DNA of 64,000 bases from positions 768,001 to 832,000 of the forward strand of contig CAVUZH010000013.1 of assembly GCA_963745835.1 (NCBI GenBank), given 5' to 3'. The DNA is from an uncultured delta proteobacterium. Lineage in GTDB: Bacteria > Desulfobacterota > Binatia > UBA9968. Both the position numbers and the translations under genes were made by a program. Below the pieces are notes generated by a model, which saw nothing but the letters and a program-made list of their open reading frames with translations, did no database searches and was not told the origin of the DNA. Numbering within the stretch: position 1 is the first letter of the stretch; every line of letters begins with the position of its first letter. Positions 42,594-51,882 of the stretch are shown here, in pieces.

Positions 42594-44163
42594 TCAAGAA
42601 AATTCCATCGAAGATGCTTCTGATTCTTGACTGCCGCCGGAGTAAATCGTCTCGATCTCAGCACGATATCGATCTTCAACGGCGTGGCGATCTATCTTGA
42701 TCTTTTGTAATGCCGTAGGGCTGCGAAGCTCCTCGGGGAAGTGGTCCGAAATGACCGCAATCTTGCGAATCTTTCCATAGCGATCCAGTTGAGTATTGAT
42801 CATGTCGACCCGCTGCTTTAGCGCCGCTTGGACATCCCGGTCGCTCAATGCTGTTTCCATCCGATCGAGTGCGGCAGCTATATGGCGGCGCTCGGGCACG
42901 ATCAAAGCAGCAATAAATGGTCGACGGTCACCCAGTAGAACCGCCTGCCGAATGAATTAGTTATCTTCCCGCAGCGCTTCGATCGTCCCGGGATTGATAT
43001 TCGAGCCGTCAGCACAATTAAAAAAGATCCTTTTTACGGCCGATCATATAAAGAGATCCTTCGTTGTCGATTTTTCCCAGATCGCCCGTGCAAAACCAGC
43101 CATCCGCATCGAAGGCTTCACGCGTGGCTAGCGGGTCTTCGAAGTATCCATGCGTTACAGTGGGGCCATAAGAACCAATGAGCGGTACGCCGATCACATC
43201 GAAGAATCGCAGAATACGGGGCGGCATCGCCGCCCCGCCGTAGGTGATATATTTTACCCTGCCGCCTAAAGTCTCTTGCGCGGTCTCTCGCAGGATTGCT
43301 TTATTCCTTCGATCTCAGTTCCGGCATGATCGCTCGAGTCCGTCGCTCTATGATCTCGATCCGGTGTTTCAAATTCGGTCCCACATCTCACGAATGCGTC
43401 CTCGATCTAAAATCGCGTTCCACAGCCGTTCCATCACTCTGGTACCACCGATATCGCGGTGGGCCGCAAACCCTCAATCACGGATAACGCAAGATGTAGT
43501 TCCGTGGCCTCGATCATCGCGATGGCAATATTTGACAGCAGATTATTGTGAGTTCGCACCACGCTTTTGGGCTCACCAGTGGACCCGGCGGTGTACATGA
43601 TGGTCACTAGATTATTTGGCTGGACTGCTTCCAGCAGTTAATCCAATTGGTCGATACCACCGCGTCGGCCCCGCTCCAGCAGCTCGGCAAATGACACACA
43701 GCCGCAAAGCTCTTGGGCGCTGTCGTCAAGAACATAGCATGCGACAGAGTAGGCAATTGCGCTTTAACAGCGAGCAGCCTTCTGGCAACAAGAGCATCCA
43801 TAAAGATTGCGCGGCACCGAGAATGGGCGAGAATCTTAAATAAAGTAAAGTCCGAAACATTCGGCGAGATCACCACGTTCGGCAAGCCTCCAGCCAATGT
43901 CGCCAGGTCGGCGCAGAGCCAGGGCAAACTGTTGTCGCCCATAATCGCGACATTATCCCCTTTGGCCATTCCCAATTCATGCAGGCCGAACAAGGTGCTT
44001 TGAACCATCGCGCCGAAATCGCGCCACGATTTATCTTCGAAGCTGCCGCACCGTTGTATCTTTAGAAACGTGCGCAGCCAAGCTCGCTAACCCGGCGAAA
44101 AAACAGTTGACCTAAGCTCGACCAAGAGTTCTGTGGAAGGACTGATGCCGAAAAGAAACTCAT
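42594..44163 (-). pseudogene. Long-chain acyl-CoA synthetase (AMP-binding) remnant
   Basis: Fragments in several frames: KGDNVAIMGDN, TIMYTAGSTGEPK (about 43566-43605), GWFCTGDLG...IGRKKD, TALQKIK; ATG 44163 overlaps the upstream stop; internal deletion at GSYG|PTVTHGY. Confidence 0.85.
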
Positions 44164-45533
44164 AACGGCTCGAAGTGAGAAGGCTGGTATTTGGATCTTT
44201 GAGGATCTTCGACCTGCTTCAATCCTCTAATTTCCTGGCGGTGGGCATATGCATACAATACGGCTTCGGCGACGTCATCGATATGCCCCTGTACGTACTT
44301 GCGCGCCGGTACTGCCAGGCGAAGCAGCTCGATGCCGCGCGCCGTTTGGGCGGGCGCCGGAGGCGCGCCTTTGGTCACCCGGACGCCGGATACACAATAA
44401 AGAAACGCGGCTAGAGCCTCGGCGCGATGATTCCCCGCAGCCACGTGCGGCAAAAACGCGGCCAGGTCGATATACACGGCGTGACCGGCGGGCGGATGCA
44501 CCAGTGGGACTCTCTCTCTGAGCCTGCGCCAAAGATAGTTAACCTGCTCCACCCGGCTGATCACATAGGCATCCTTCACCAAGATCTCGTCAAGCGCGGT
44601 GCTGATCATTTGCATTGCGCTTGCCGGCGGCTGCGCGCCGTCGAGAAAACTTTGCATGGTCGCCTTTTGGAAGGTGACGGGATCGCGGCTGCCGATCATG
44701 CCGCCCATAGGAACCAGCAAATCCTTCATGGCGCTCATCGTGCAACCGTCTGCCGATTCGCACGTTTCAAAAACGATCTCGCGAACGGAATGATCGTGAT
44801 ATCCGGCCTCGCGTTGCCGGATCAAGTAGCTATTCTCGAGAATACGGCAGGCATCGAGAAATAGCGGCACACCGTTCGTTGCGGCCAGCGCCTTGACCTT
44901 CTTGAGATTGCCGAGAGAGACCGGATGGCCGCCGCAAGCATTAACGCTGAGCTCGACATAGATGCAGCTGACCTTTTGCCGTCCGTGTTCGCGAAAAACC
45001 GCGCCAAGTTTTTCGATGTCGAGATCGCCTTTGAAGGGATCTTCTGATTCGACATTATGGGCGCCATCGGCTATGACATCGATCACCTTGCCGCCGTTGG
45101 ATTCGATATGCGTTCGCGTCGATGGAAACAGCATATTGCCGGGCACTACAGTATCAGCCTTGACATGAATCTTTGCCCATATGCGCTCAGCGGCGCGTCC
45201 CTGGGTGGTCGGAACTAAGTAGGGAAACCCAAAAAACTTGCGGTACTGCGTGGACAGAGAAGCAAATGCTCGGCTGGCTTCAGTCGCCATGCCCATCGCG
45301 GGCTCCACCACCTCGCTTCCGCTCCCGGCAGCGATTTGGGCCGTGCTCAACGCGCTCACGCCGCTATCGGTGCAGAGATCGATATAGATTGCGTCCTGGG
45401 GCAGCAGCTCACAGTTATAGCCGCAGGCTTGGAGCGCGTGTTCACGCTCCTGCAGGCTGGTCTGCCGTAACTGACGAACCGCAGCGATCTCGTACGGAAC
45501 CGAAAACGTAACGCCGACGGCTCGATCACTCAT
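44160..45533 (-). CDS. Tryptophanase/tyrosine phenol-lyase-like PLP-dependent beta-eliminating lyase (divergent)
   Basis: IDLCTDSG, TQGRAAE, GGHPVSL, DACR..EN, MSAMKD (PLP Lys), GHAVYID, ELLRLAVP. Confidence 0.85.
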   Translation of the reverse strand: MSDRAVGVTFSVPYEIAAVRQLRQTSLQEREHALQACGYNCELLPQDAIYIDLCTDSGVSALSTAQIAAGSGSEVVEPAMGMATEASRAFASLSTQYRKFFGFPYLVPTTQGRAAERIWAKIHVKADTVVPGNMLFPSTRTHIESNGGKVIDVIADGAHNVESEDPFKGDLDIEKLGAVFREHGRQKVSCIYVELSVNACGGHPVSLGNLKKVKALAATNGVPLFLDACRILENSYLIRQREAGYHDHSVREIVFETCESADGCTMSAMKDLLVPMGGMIGSRDPVTFQKATMQSFLDGAQPPASAMQMISTALDEILVKDAYVISRVEQVNYLWRRLRERVPLVHPPAGHAVYIDLAAFLPHVAAGNHRAEALAAFLYCVSGVRVTKGAPPAPAQTARGIELLRLAVPARKYVQGHIDDVAEAVLYAYAHRQEIRGLKQVEDPQRSKYQPSHFEPL

Positions 45534-45581
45534 TACCAGAAATCTCCGTTTGTCGATCTACCGGTAAATCGTCGCAGCGAG

Positions 45582-46427
45582 TTAGCGGGGGAGCTTTTGC
45601 TCAACCGGTTCATCTTCGGATTGCTGTTCGAGCGCCGGCTTGATCCGCTGATTGTCACTTGCCGTCAGGATGCTTAGCGCCCGATGAACCATTTTTCGTT
45701 CGGTGGCGAACTTTAAGTTTTTGATTACCTGGTCCATGGGAAACCAGCGCGCCTCGTCAACTTCGTGATCATGATCGCGAACATCGCCCTTCAGGTAACG
45801 CAATAGATAAAAATGAACCCGTTTATAGATGCGGATCGGCTCGCCTTCTTTGGTTTTGTCACGATAGGCGTAGCGTATATCGCCGAGTTTTCTCACCACG
45901 CGGCCTTCTAATCCAGTCTCCTCTCGCACTTCTCGCAAAGCGGTTTCTTCGATGCGCTCGCCTTCTTCAACATGACCTTTAGGCAGGCCCCAACGATTAC
46001 GCACGTGAATCAAGGCGATTTGAATCTCATCGCTGTGCTTGCGGTACATCACGCCGCCGGCCGACACTTCGCGAACCGTTCGTATGCCATCGCCGCGGGG
46101 CCGCGGCCCGGAAGTAACCTGCTCCTTGAGCCATTTCAGATAGCCGCTGCTGCCTTCGATCACCGGCAACGCGATCACTTCTGGAACTGAGTAACTGTGG
46201 AGTTCTCGAACGCGTTTCTCCAGAACCGCGAACCGGTCCCGGCTCGTTTTGATAATCAGCAGCTCTTCTTCGCTCTGCTCTACTTTGCCCTGCCATCGAT
46301 AAACCGACTGCACCGACTTGATGCGATTGACACAGGCCGCAAGCCGTTCGTCAACCAGCGAACGGGCCATCCGATCCGCCTCGTCGGCCGATCCAGCGGT
46401 CACATAAACGACGATGAACTCTTGCAT
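45582..46427 (-). CDS. CutA1 divalent-cation tolerance domain fused to a NUDIX hydrolase
   Basis: N-terminal LAACVN...SVYRWQGKVE...HSYSVPEVIA; C-terminal GLPKGHVEEGERIEETALREVREETG Nudix box; one open frame. Confidence 0.88.
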   Translation of the reverse strand: MQEFIVVYVTAGSADEADRMARSLVDERLAACVNRIKSVQSVYRWQGKVEQSEEELLIIKTSRDRFAVLEKRVRELHSYSVPEVIALPVIEGSSGYLKWLKEQVTSGPRPRGDGIRTVREVSAGGVMYRKHSDEIQIALIHVRNRWGLPKGHVEEGERIEETALREVREETGLEGRVVRKLGDIRYAYRDKTKEGEPIRIYKRVHFYLLRYLKGDVRDHDHEVDEARWFPMDQVIKNLKFATERKMVHRALSILTASDNQRIKPALEQQSEDEPVEQKLPR

Positions 46428-46568
46428 TAATATCGATCTTACAACCGCCTTTCACACCCAGTCAATCCGCCAATCCGCAAGTGTGACAGTGAGCACCATC
46501 GCACCGAATTCCCCGTGATGACTCTATGCGCGCTTGTCATAAGTCGAGGGCAGGAATAATTTATTGTG

Positions 46569-47309
46569 ATGCGACCAAAAGAGCAGATTCGACAGAAAGT
46601 TTGGTCGGTGATGCAGCGTGAAAAAGTGGCACGCTTTCCCGGCGCCCAAGGAAGAATACCCAACTTTATTGGCGCCGAAGTCTGCGCGCGCCTGCTCGCC
46701 GAAAAATCATATTGGAAGCGCGCCAAAGCTTTGAAATCCAATCCGGACTCACCGCAAAGAGCGATTCGGCACAAAGCTCTTGCCGATGGCAAAATCGTCT
46801 ATATGGCCGTGCCGCGCCTGCGCAATCAGAAACCATTTATCGAGCTCGATCCAGCGAAACTAAAGTGTTCCCCGTACACCGCGTCTTCAATTCAGGGTGC
46901 GGCAGAGTTCGGCAGGTTGATCGGTCTGGATAAAATCAAAAAAATCGACCTGATCATCTGCGGCTCGGTCGCGGTTAATCGCCGCGGCGCTCGAGTCGGT
47001 AAAGGCGGCGGCTATTCGGACTTGGAATTCGCCTTGCTGACCGAGAACAAAAAGATTTCCGCAAAGACACCGATCGTTACGTCGGTTCACGCGTTGCAAA
47101 TCCTCGACGAAGACCTGCCCATGACCGAACACGACATCCCGCTGAGCGCTATCGTCACGCCGGGCGAGATTATCGAAATCGATGCGAATTTCCCGCGCCC
47201 TAAAGGGATTTACTGGCGGATGCTCGGCCAAGAGAAGATCGAGACGATTCCGATACTCAAAATCGCCGCGGCGACTCGTAATCCTGTTGATAATGCCAGG
47301 CCCGCCTGA
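46569..47309 (+). CDS. 5-formyltetrahydrofolate cyclo-ligase family protein (MTHFSD-like)
   Basis: GRIPNFIGA, NPDSPQ, GARVGKGGGYSDLE, EHDIP. Confidence 0.9.
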   Translation: MRPKEQIRQKVWSVMQREKVARFPGAQGRIPNFIGAEVCARLLAEKSYWKRAKALKSNPDSPQRAIRHKALADGKIVYMAVPRLRNQKPFIELDPAKLKCSPYTASSIQGAAEFGRLIGLDKIKKIDLIICGSVAVNRRGARVGKGGGYSDLEFALLTENKKISAKTPIVTSVHALQILDEDLPMTEHDIPLSAIVTPGEIIEIDANFPRPKGIYWRMLGQEKIETIPILKIAAATRNPVDNARPA

Positions 47310-47367
47310 TGTCTCATTTGAAGTCCGGCGGGGCGTATGTTAACTCAGTGAATTCGAGGAAAAATCG

Positions 47368-47751
47368 ATGGAAAAGATAGACTTCGCCAAGGCTAACGGC
47401 CTGGTTCCCGTGATCGTGCAGGACTATGAATCGCGCGACGTGTTGATGGTTGCTTATATGAACGAAGAGGCGTGGGAGCAAACCCAGAAGACCGGCAAAG
47501 CGCACTATTACAGCCGTTCCCGCAAGGGGCTTTGGTTCAAAGGCGAGGAGTCGGGCAACTTCCAAGAAGTAAGAGATGCTTTCATCGACTGCGACAACGA
47601 CACGATTTTGCTGCAGGTCAATCAGATCGGCGGCGCCGCTTGCCACGAAGGATTTCGAAGTTGCTTCTTTCGCCAGCGCTCCGGCGACGACTGGGAAGTT
47701 TGCGCCGAACGGGTTTTTGATCCGAAAGAGGTTTACAAAAAATCATTATGA
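47368..47751 (+). CDS. hisI: Phosphoribosyl-AMP cyclohydrolase
   Basis: [36 protein letters not shown]. Confidence 0.96.
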   Translation: MEKIDFAKANGLVPVIVQDYESRDVLMVAYMNEEAWEQTQKTGKAHYYSRSRKGLWFKGEESGNFQEVRDAFIDCDNDTILLQVNQIGGAACHEGFRSCFFRQRSGDDWEVCAERVFDPKEVYKKSL

Positions 47752-47788
47752 GCCCGCTTCAACTCTTCATTATAGAGGTCCGAGGCTG

Positions 47789-48688
47789 ATGAAGGCCGGC
47801 AAAGAACTGAAACTGGGGATTCCGAAGGGGAGCCTCGAGGAGATGACCATCGAGCTCTTCAGAAAATCCGGTTGGAAAATTTCGACAACCAGCCGCAGTT
47901 ATTTTCCCTCCATCGATGATGATACTTTGCGCTGCAGCCTGGCGCGTCCCCAGGAAATGTCGCGTTACGTCGAGTCCGGCACTCTGGATGTCGCCATCAC
48001 CGGCAGAGATTGGGTCATGGAGAACGGTTCCGATGTCCAGCTCGTCTGCGAGATGATCTATTCGAAGACCAGCTTTCGCCCAACGCGCTGGGTGCTGGCT
48101 GTGCCGCAGGATTCACCGATCGAAAGGATAGAAGACCTTCGGGGTAAGCGAATTTCCTCGGAAATGGTGAACTATACGAAGCGCTATTTTGCCGAAAGAG
48201 AAATCCCCGTCGAAGTCGAGTTCTCCTGGGGCGCCACCGAGGCCAAGGCTGCCGAAGGTCTCGTCGACGCGATCGTTGAAGTGACCGAGACCGGTAGCAC
48301 GATCCGCGCTCATGGGCTGAGGATTATCCATGAGCTAATGGAATCCTGTCCCCAACTGATCGCCAACAAGGAGGCATGGCAGGACCCTTGGAAGAGGGAG
48401 AAAATTGAGCAAATCCGACTTCTACTGCTAGGAGCGCTTTCGGCGGAAAACAAGGTCGGCATCAAGCTGAATGTCGCCGAAGCCGATCTGGAAAAGGTCA
48501 TAGAGTTGATTCCCAGCATCACCGCGCCAACGGTCGCCACACTCCATCCTTCTCCGAGCCTGAAAGGGATCAGATGGTTTTCGGTGGAGAGCGTACTCGA
48601 AGAAGCCAAAGTCAGGGATTTAATCCCGCTCCTAATACGCAACGGCGCTGTGGGCATCATCGAATACCCGCTCAATAAGGTCATTTAA
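47789..48688 (+). CDS. hisG: ATP phosphoribosyltransferase (long form)
   Basis: [34 protein letters not shown]-terminal regulatory domain. Confidence 0.95.
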   Translation: MKAGKELKLGIPKGSLEEMTIELFRKSGWKISTTSRSYFPSIDDDTLRCSLARPQEMSRYVESGTLDVAITGRDWVMENGSDVQLVCEMIYSKTSFRPTRWVLAVPQDSPIERIEDLRGKRISSEMVNYTKRYFAEREIPVEVEFSWGATEAKAAEGLVDAIVEVTETGSTIRAHGLRIIHELMESCPQLIANKEAWQDPWKREKIEQIRLLLLGALSAENKVGIKLNVAEADLEKVIELIPSITAPTVATLHPSPSLKGIRWFSVESVLEEAKVRDLIPLLIRNGAVGIIEYPLNKVI

Positions 48689-48689
48689 A

Positions 48690-48809
48690 AGACTGCTGGA
48701 AAAGCCTCATATGCTTGGTTGCGCTAGCTCGCTTCGCCTCGACGTACTGACGTCCGCCTCAGCTTATCGATCTTGGCGCGCCTAGTCCCGAAGTCTTTTT
48801 GAGCAGTCT
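48690..48809. mobile_element. About 120-bp MITE-like repeat, copy 2
   Basis: TIR AGACTGCTGGAAAAG ... CTTTTTGAGCAGTCT; homologous to the reverse complement of 12084-12208. Confidence 0.75.
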
Positions 48810-48854
48810 GTATGCAAACGGCTTATGCCGGCAACCGGTTTTCTGGCGCAACGA

Positions 48855-50216
48855 TCAGCCGGTTGGTTGGGACGTCTGTCCGGAATCCCGCGAGAGAAAA
48901 TAATCCTTGGCAATATCCGGGAACAATGCGTAAGTAAGCACATCCTCTTCGCTGGTTGCGAGGCTGCCGGCTTCCTTGCGCGCAGCTTCCAAACCCGGCT
49001 TAAGAAGATCCGCCGGCCGGCAGTCAATCGGCTCTTTTCCGCCTAGGACTTTTGTTTTGATCTCCTGGCTGATCGGCCCTGGCGGCCTGCCATACAATCC
49101 CATGACGTAGTTCCGGGTTTCGGTGGCAACGACAGAATAGCGTTTTCCAGTGATCACATTCAGTGCCGCCTGAGAGCCAACGATTTGGCTGGTCGGCGTT
49201 ACTAAGGGCGGGTATCCAAGATCTTTTCTAACATGGGGCATTTCATTTAGCACAGCGTCGAGTCTATCCTCGGCCTTCTGCTGCCGTAGCTGCGCCACCA
49301 GATTGGACAACATTCCCCCGGGAATTTGTGAAGTCAAAATGTCGGTCTTGACCTGGTTGTTGACAGCGCTTTCGAACTCAGCGTATTTCTTGCGCACTCC
49401 ATAGAAGTATTCGGCGATCTCGTTGAGTTTGCCCAAATCCAATCCAGTGTCCCGGGAACTACCCATTAATGCCGCCACCACCGCTTCTGTCGCCGGCTGT
49501 GATGTGCCTTGGGATAACGGCGACAGGGCGGTGTCCACTATGTCAGCGCCCGCTTCAATGGCGAGCATGTAAGTCATCGGCGCCAACCCGGCCGTGCAGT
49601 GAGAATGGAGATGAAGCGGTAGCGGAATACGAGCTTTAATTTTGCTGATCAGCTCTTGGGCGGCGTACGGAGCGAGCATCCCCGCCATGTCTTTGAGGCA
49701 TATAATCTGCACGCCCAACTCTGCCAGTTGCTCGCCTACTCGCAGGAAGTAATCCACCGAGTGCACCGGGCTGATTGTGTAGCAGATCGTGCCTTCGACG
49801 AGCTTACCGGTTTTGAGCGCCGCTTCTATGGCAGTCTTCATGTTGCGCAGATCGTTCATCGCGTCGAAGATACGGAAAACGTCGATACCGCCAGCTGCAG
49901 CGCGTTGGACGAAGCCGATGACAATATCGTCCGGATAGTTGTGGTAGCCGACGATGTTCTGGCCTCGCAAGAGCATCTGGAAGCGGGTCTTGGGAATTGC
50001 CGCGCGCAGGCTGCGCAACCGCTCCCAGGGATCTTCCTTGAGATATCTCAGAGCCGCGTCGAAAGTAGCCCCGCCCCATGTTTCTAAGGACCAGTAGCCG
50101 ATGGCATCCAGCTTTCCGGCTATCGGCAACATGTCCTCTGTGCGCATCCGCGTTGCCAGCAAGGATTGATGAGCATCGCGTAAAATCGTTTCCGTTAGTT
50201 CGACCTTCGCTGCCAT
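48855..50216 (-). CDS. Pyruvate carboxylase B / oxaloacetate decarboxylase alpha-type carboxyltransferase without a biotinyl domain
   Basis: RDAHQSLLATRM, WGGATFD, EDPWERLR, KDMAG, HSH, YPPLVTPTSQIVG; no AMKM motif. Confidence 0.92.
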   Translation of the reverse strand: MAAKVELTETILRDAHQSLLATRMRTEDMLPIAGKLDAIGYWSLETWGGATFDAALRYLKEDPWERLRSLRAAIPKTRFQMLLRGQNIVGYHNYPDDIVIGFVQRAAAGGIDVFRIFDAMNDLRNMKTAIEAALKTGKLVEGTICYTISPVHSVDYFLRVGEQLAELGVQIICLKDMAGMLAPYAAQELISKIKARIPLPLHLHSHCTAGLAPMTYMLAIEAGADIVDTALSPLSQGTSQPATEAVVAALMGSSRDTGLDLGKLNEIAEYFYGVRKKYAEFESAVNNQVKTDILTSQIPGGMLSNLVAQLRQQKAEDRLDAVLNEMPHVRKDLGYPPLVTPTSQIVGSQAALNVITGKRYSVVATETRNYVMGLYGRPPGPISQEIKTKVLGGKEPIDCRPADLLKPGLEAARKEAGSLATSEEDVLTYALFPDIAKDYFLSRDSGQTSQPTG

Positions 50217-50239
50217 AAGTTCACCTATAGGCGGTTGAG

Positions 50240-50791
50240 TTACTCGTACAAGTCGCTTTGTTTTCCTTCGAGACGTTCTTTTTCAGCCTCATCGATGACA
50301 TACCCGCCGTCAATTTTCTTGAGCTTGGTGATGTCATAAAAAAATTGGGAAACTTCCAGACCATCATCGAACTCGTACATCTTGATGGCGTCCCAAGGGC
50401 AGATTTTCTTGTCGAGGCGGTCTTCAGACTCGGTGCCAATGAGCTGTAGCTGGAAACGCTTGGGAACGGCGTCAGGCGCCACCGGGTTGCGGTTGCTGTC
50501 GTAAAAACGGCTGCCGTATTCGTAGAAAATCTCGCCGGTCTCCTTGTGCTGCTGCACCTTGGTCAAGTCGTCGCTATAACACATCTGACAGCCGATGCAT
50601 TTGTCGTTGTCGACCATGACGCGATAAGGTTTGAGCCCTCCCTGCGGCAGCTCTTCATAGACCAGATTGATGCATTCATCGACGGGACAATGCGCCTCGC
50701 ACAAAGGTGAACCGGCGCAACTTGAGCAATTCTCATCCATCACCGCCAGTAGTGCCGTGCCCTTGCGCTTTTTGGTTGCTTCAGCCGCCAT
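50240..50791 (-). CDS. 2[4Fe-4S] ferredoxin-like protein with a large insertion
   Basis: CSSCAGSPLCEAHCP and CIGCQMC-(about 60 aa)-ICPWDAI. Confidence 0.85.
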   Translation of the reverse strand: MAAEATKKRKGTALLAVMDENCSSCAGSPLCEAHCPVDECINLVYEELPQGGLKPYRVMVDNDKCIGCQMCYSDDLTKVQQHKETGEIFYEYGSRFYDSNRNPVAPDAVPKRFQLQLIGTESEDRLDKKICPWDAIKMYEFDDGLEVSQFFYDITKLKKIDGGYVIDEAEKERLEGKQSDLYE

Positions 50792-51605
50792 GAGATTCGA
50801 CCCTCGCTTTCTTGAATCGTCCCTTGAAAAAGAATGACAACGCAATCGCCAACAAAACCCACCAGAATCGAATCAGCCCGATGCGCCCCCACTCCAGCCA
50901 GTAAACAAAATTGGGAGAGCGAGATATGAGCTGGCCCAAGACCTCTTGCGCCCCGGAATAATCCCTCACTTCGCGCAACGCCTGTGACAGGCCGTAAAGC
51001 GCGCCGTCGTCTTGAGGATTGATTTTAAGCGCCTGTTCGAAGTCCCGGCGCGCTTCGCTCCATCTATCCTGTTCAGCGAATGTCCAGCCCCGGTTGTTCA
51101 GCGCCGCCCCAAAATCCGGCTTTCGCTCCAATGCCTTGTTAAAGTTATCGGCTGCCGCGGCAAGCTCTCCTTTGCGTTTTAAAGCCACTCCAAGATTGTT
51201 GTAGGCCTGGGGAAGATCGGGTTTGAGCTCGACAACCTTTTTGTACTCCGCGATCGCTGCATCGAAGTCACCGCGAATATCGGATTCGATCCAGGCAAGT
51301 AGCGTTCTCGCTTCAACATGATCCGGATCAAGGGCAATCGCCTTTTGCACCGACGCTTCGGCGGCTTGGGGATCGCGGAGTCTCAGCAGGGTTATACCCA
51401 GAAAGAGATGAAGATCGGGTTCCTGGGGATATCGCCTCAATAAAGCCTCAAAGACCGCTTTGGCCTCTGCGGCTTTTCCTTCTGCCAGATAGTTCCGCGC
51501 CTCCTCCCACTGATTTTCCTTTACGAGAGGAGATGTTGTTTCAGCAGCTAAAGATAGACCCACGCACGTGAGGACGGCCAACCCAACCAGGCAGCCCCTC
51601 AACAT
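50781..51605 (-). CDS. Tetratricopeptide repeat protein (signal peptide + C-terminal TM anchor)
   Basis: TPR consensus (AYNNLGVALKRKGE..AA..F.KALE); hydrophobic N- and C-termini. Confidence 0.88.
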   Translation of the reverse strand: MLRGCLVGLAVLTCVGLSLAAETTSPLVKENQWEEARNYLAEGKAAEAKAVFEALLRRYPQEPDLHLFLGITLLRLRDPQAAEASVQKAIALDPDHVEARTLLAWIESDIRGDFDAAIAEYKKVVELKPDLPQAYNNLGVALKRKGELAAAADNFNKALERKPDFGAALNNRGWTFAEQDRWSEARRDFEQALKINPQDDGALYGLSQALREVRDYSGAQEVLGQLISRSPNFVYWLEWGRIGLIRFWWVLLAIALSFFFKGRFKKARVESHGG

Positions 51606-51791
51606 CTACTTCCACATTTCATTAGCAATTTGGTCTTCTTTACCCTGCTCGACAAGCTGATCGTTCTTAAACGCCTGGCGCAGTCCGATCCAACTGAAAA
51701 AAATCACCAGGATCAGCATGCCGACAATCGGAATATTGTCCGGCTTGGTTACGATTGCGAGAAAATTCTGCAAACCGCTTGCTTCGTCCAT
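51606..51791 (-). CDS. Small membrane protein with KPDNIPI motif
   Basis: 61 aa, single TM (IVGMLILVIFFSWIGL); stop abuts the ATG of the TPR gene. Confidence 0.75.
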   Translation of the reverse strand: MDEASGLQNFLAIVTKPDNIPIVGMLILVIFFSWIGLRQAFKNDQLVEQGKEDQIANEMWK

Positions 51792-51826
51792 AAAAGTTAA
51801 ACACCCGTAAAATAAAGATAATTTCT

Positions 51827-51855
51827 AAACTAGGCGATATCGTTTCTAATGTCAA
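51827..51855 (-). promoter_or_regulatory. Sigma70-like promoter for the 51791-48855 gene unit
   Basis: Minus strand TTGACA-17 bp-TAGTTT, 35 bp before the ATG. Confidence 0.5.
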
Positions 51856-51882
51856 CGTCGCTGTGCCAAGGCCGTCTACCGT

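Noticed and set aside
47576-47788. Long N-terminal extensions in the ORF track (hisG here; also nadD, proB, EutA-like, HAD-like)
   Set aside because: They overlap neighbouring genes or precede a better RBS/ATG; treated as longest-ORF artefacts, not fusions.
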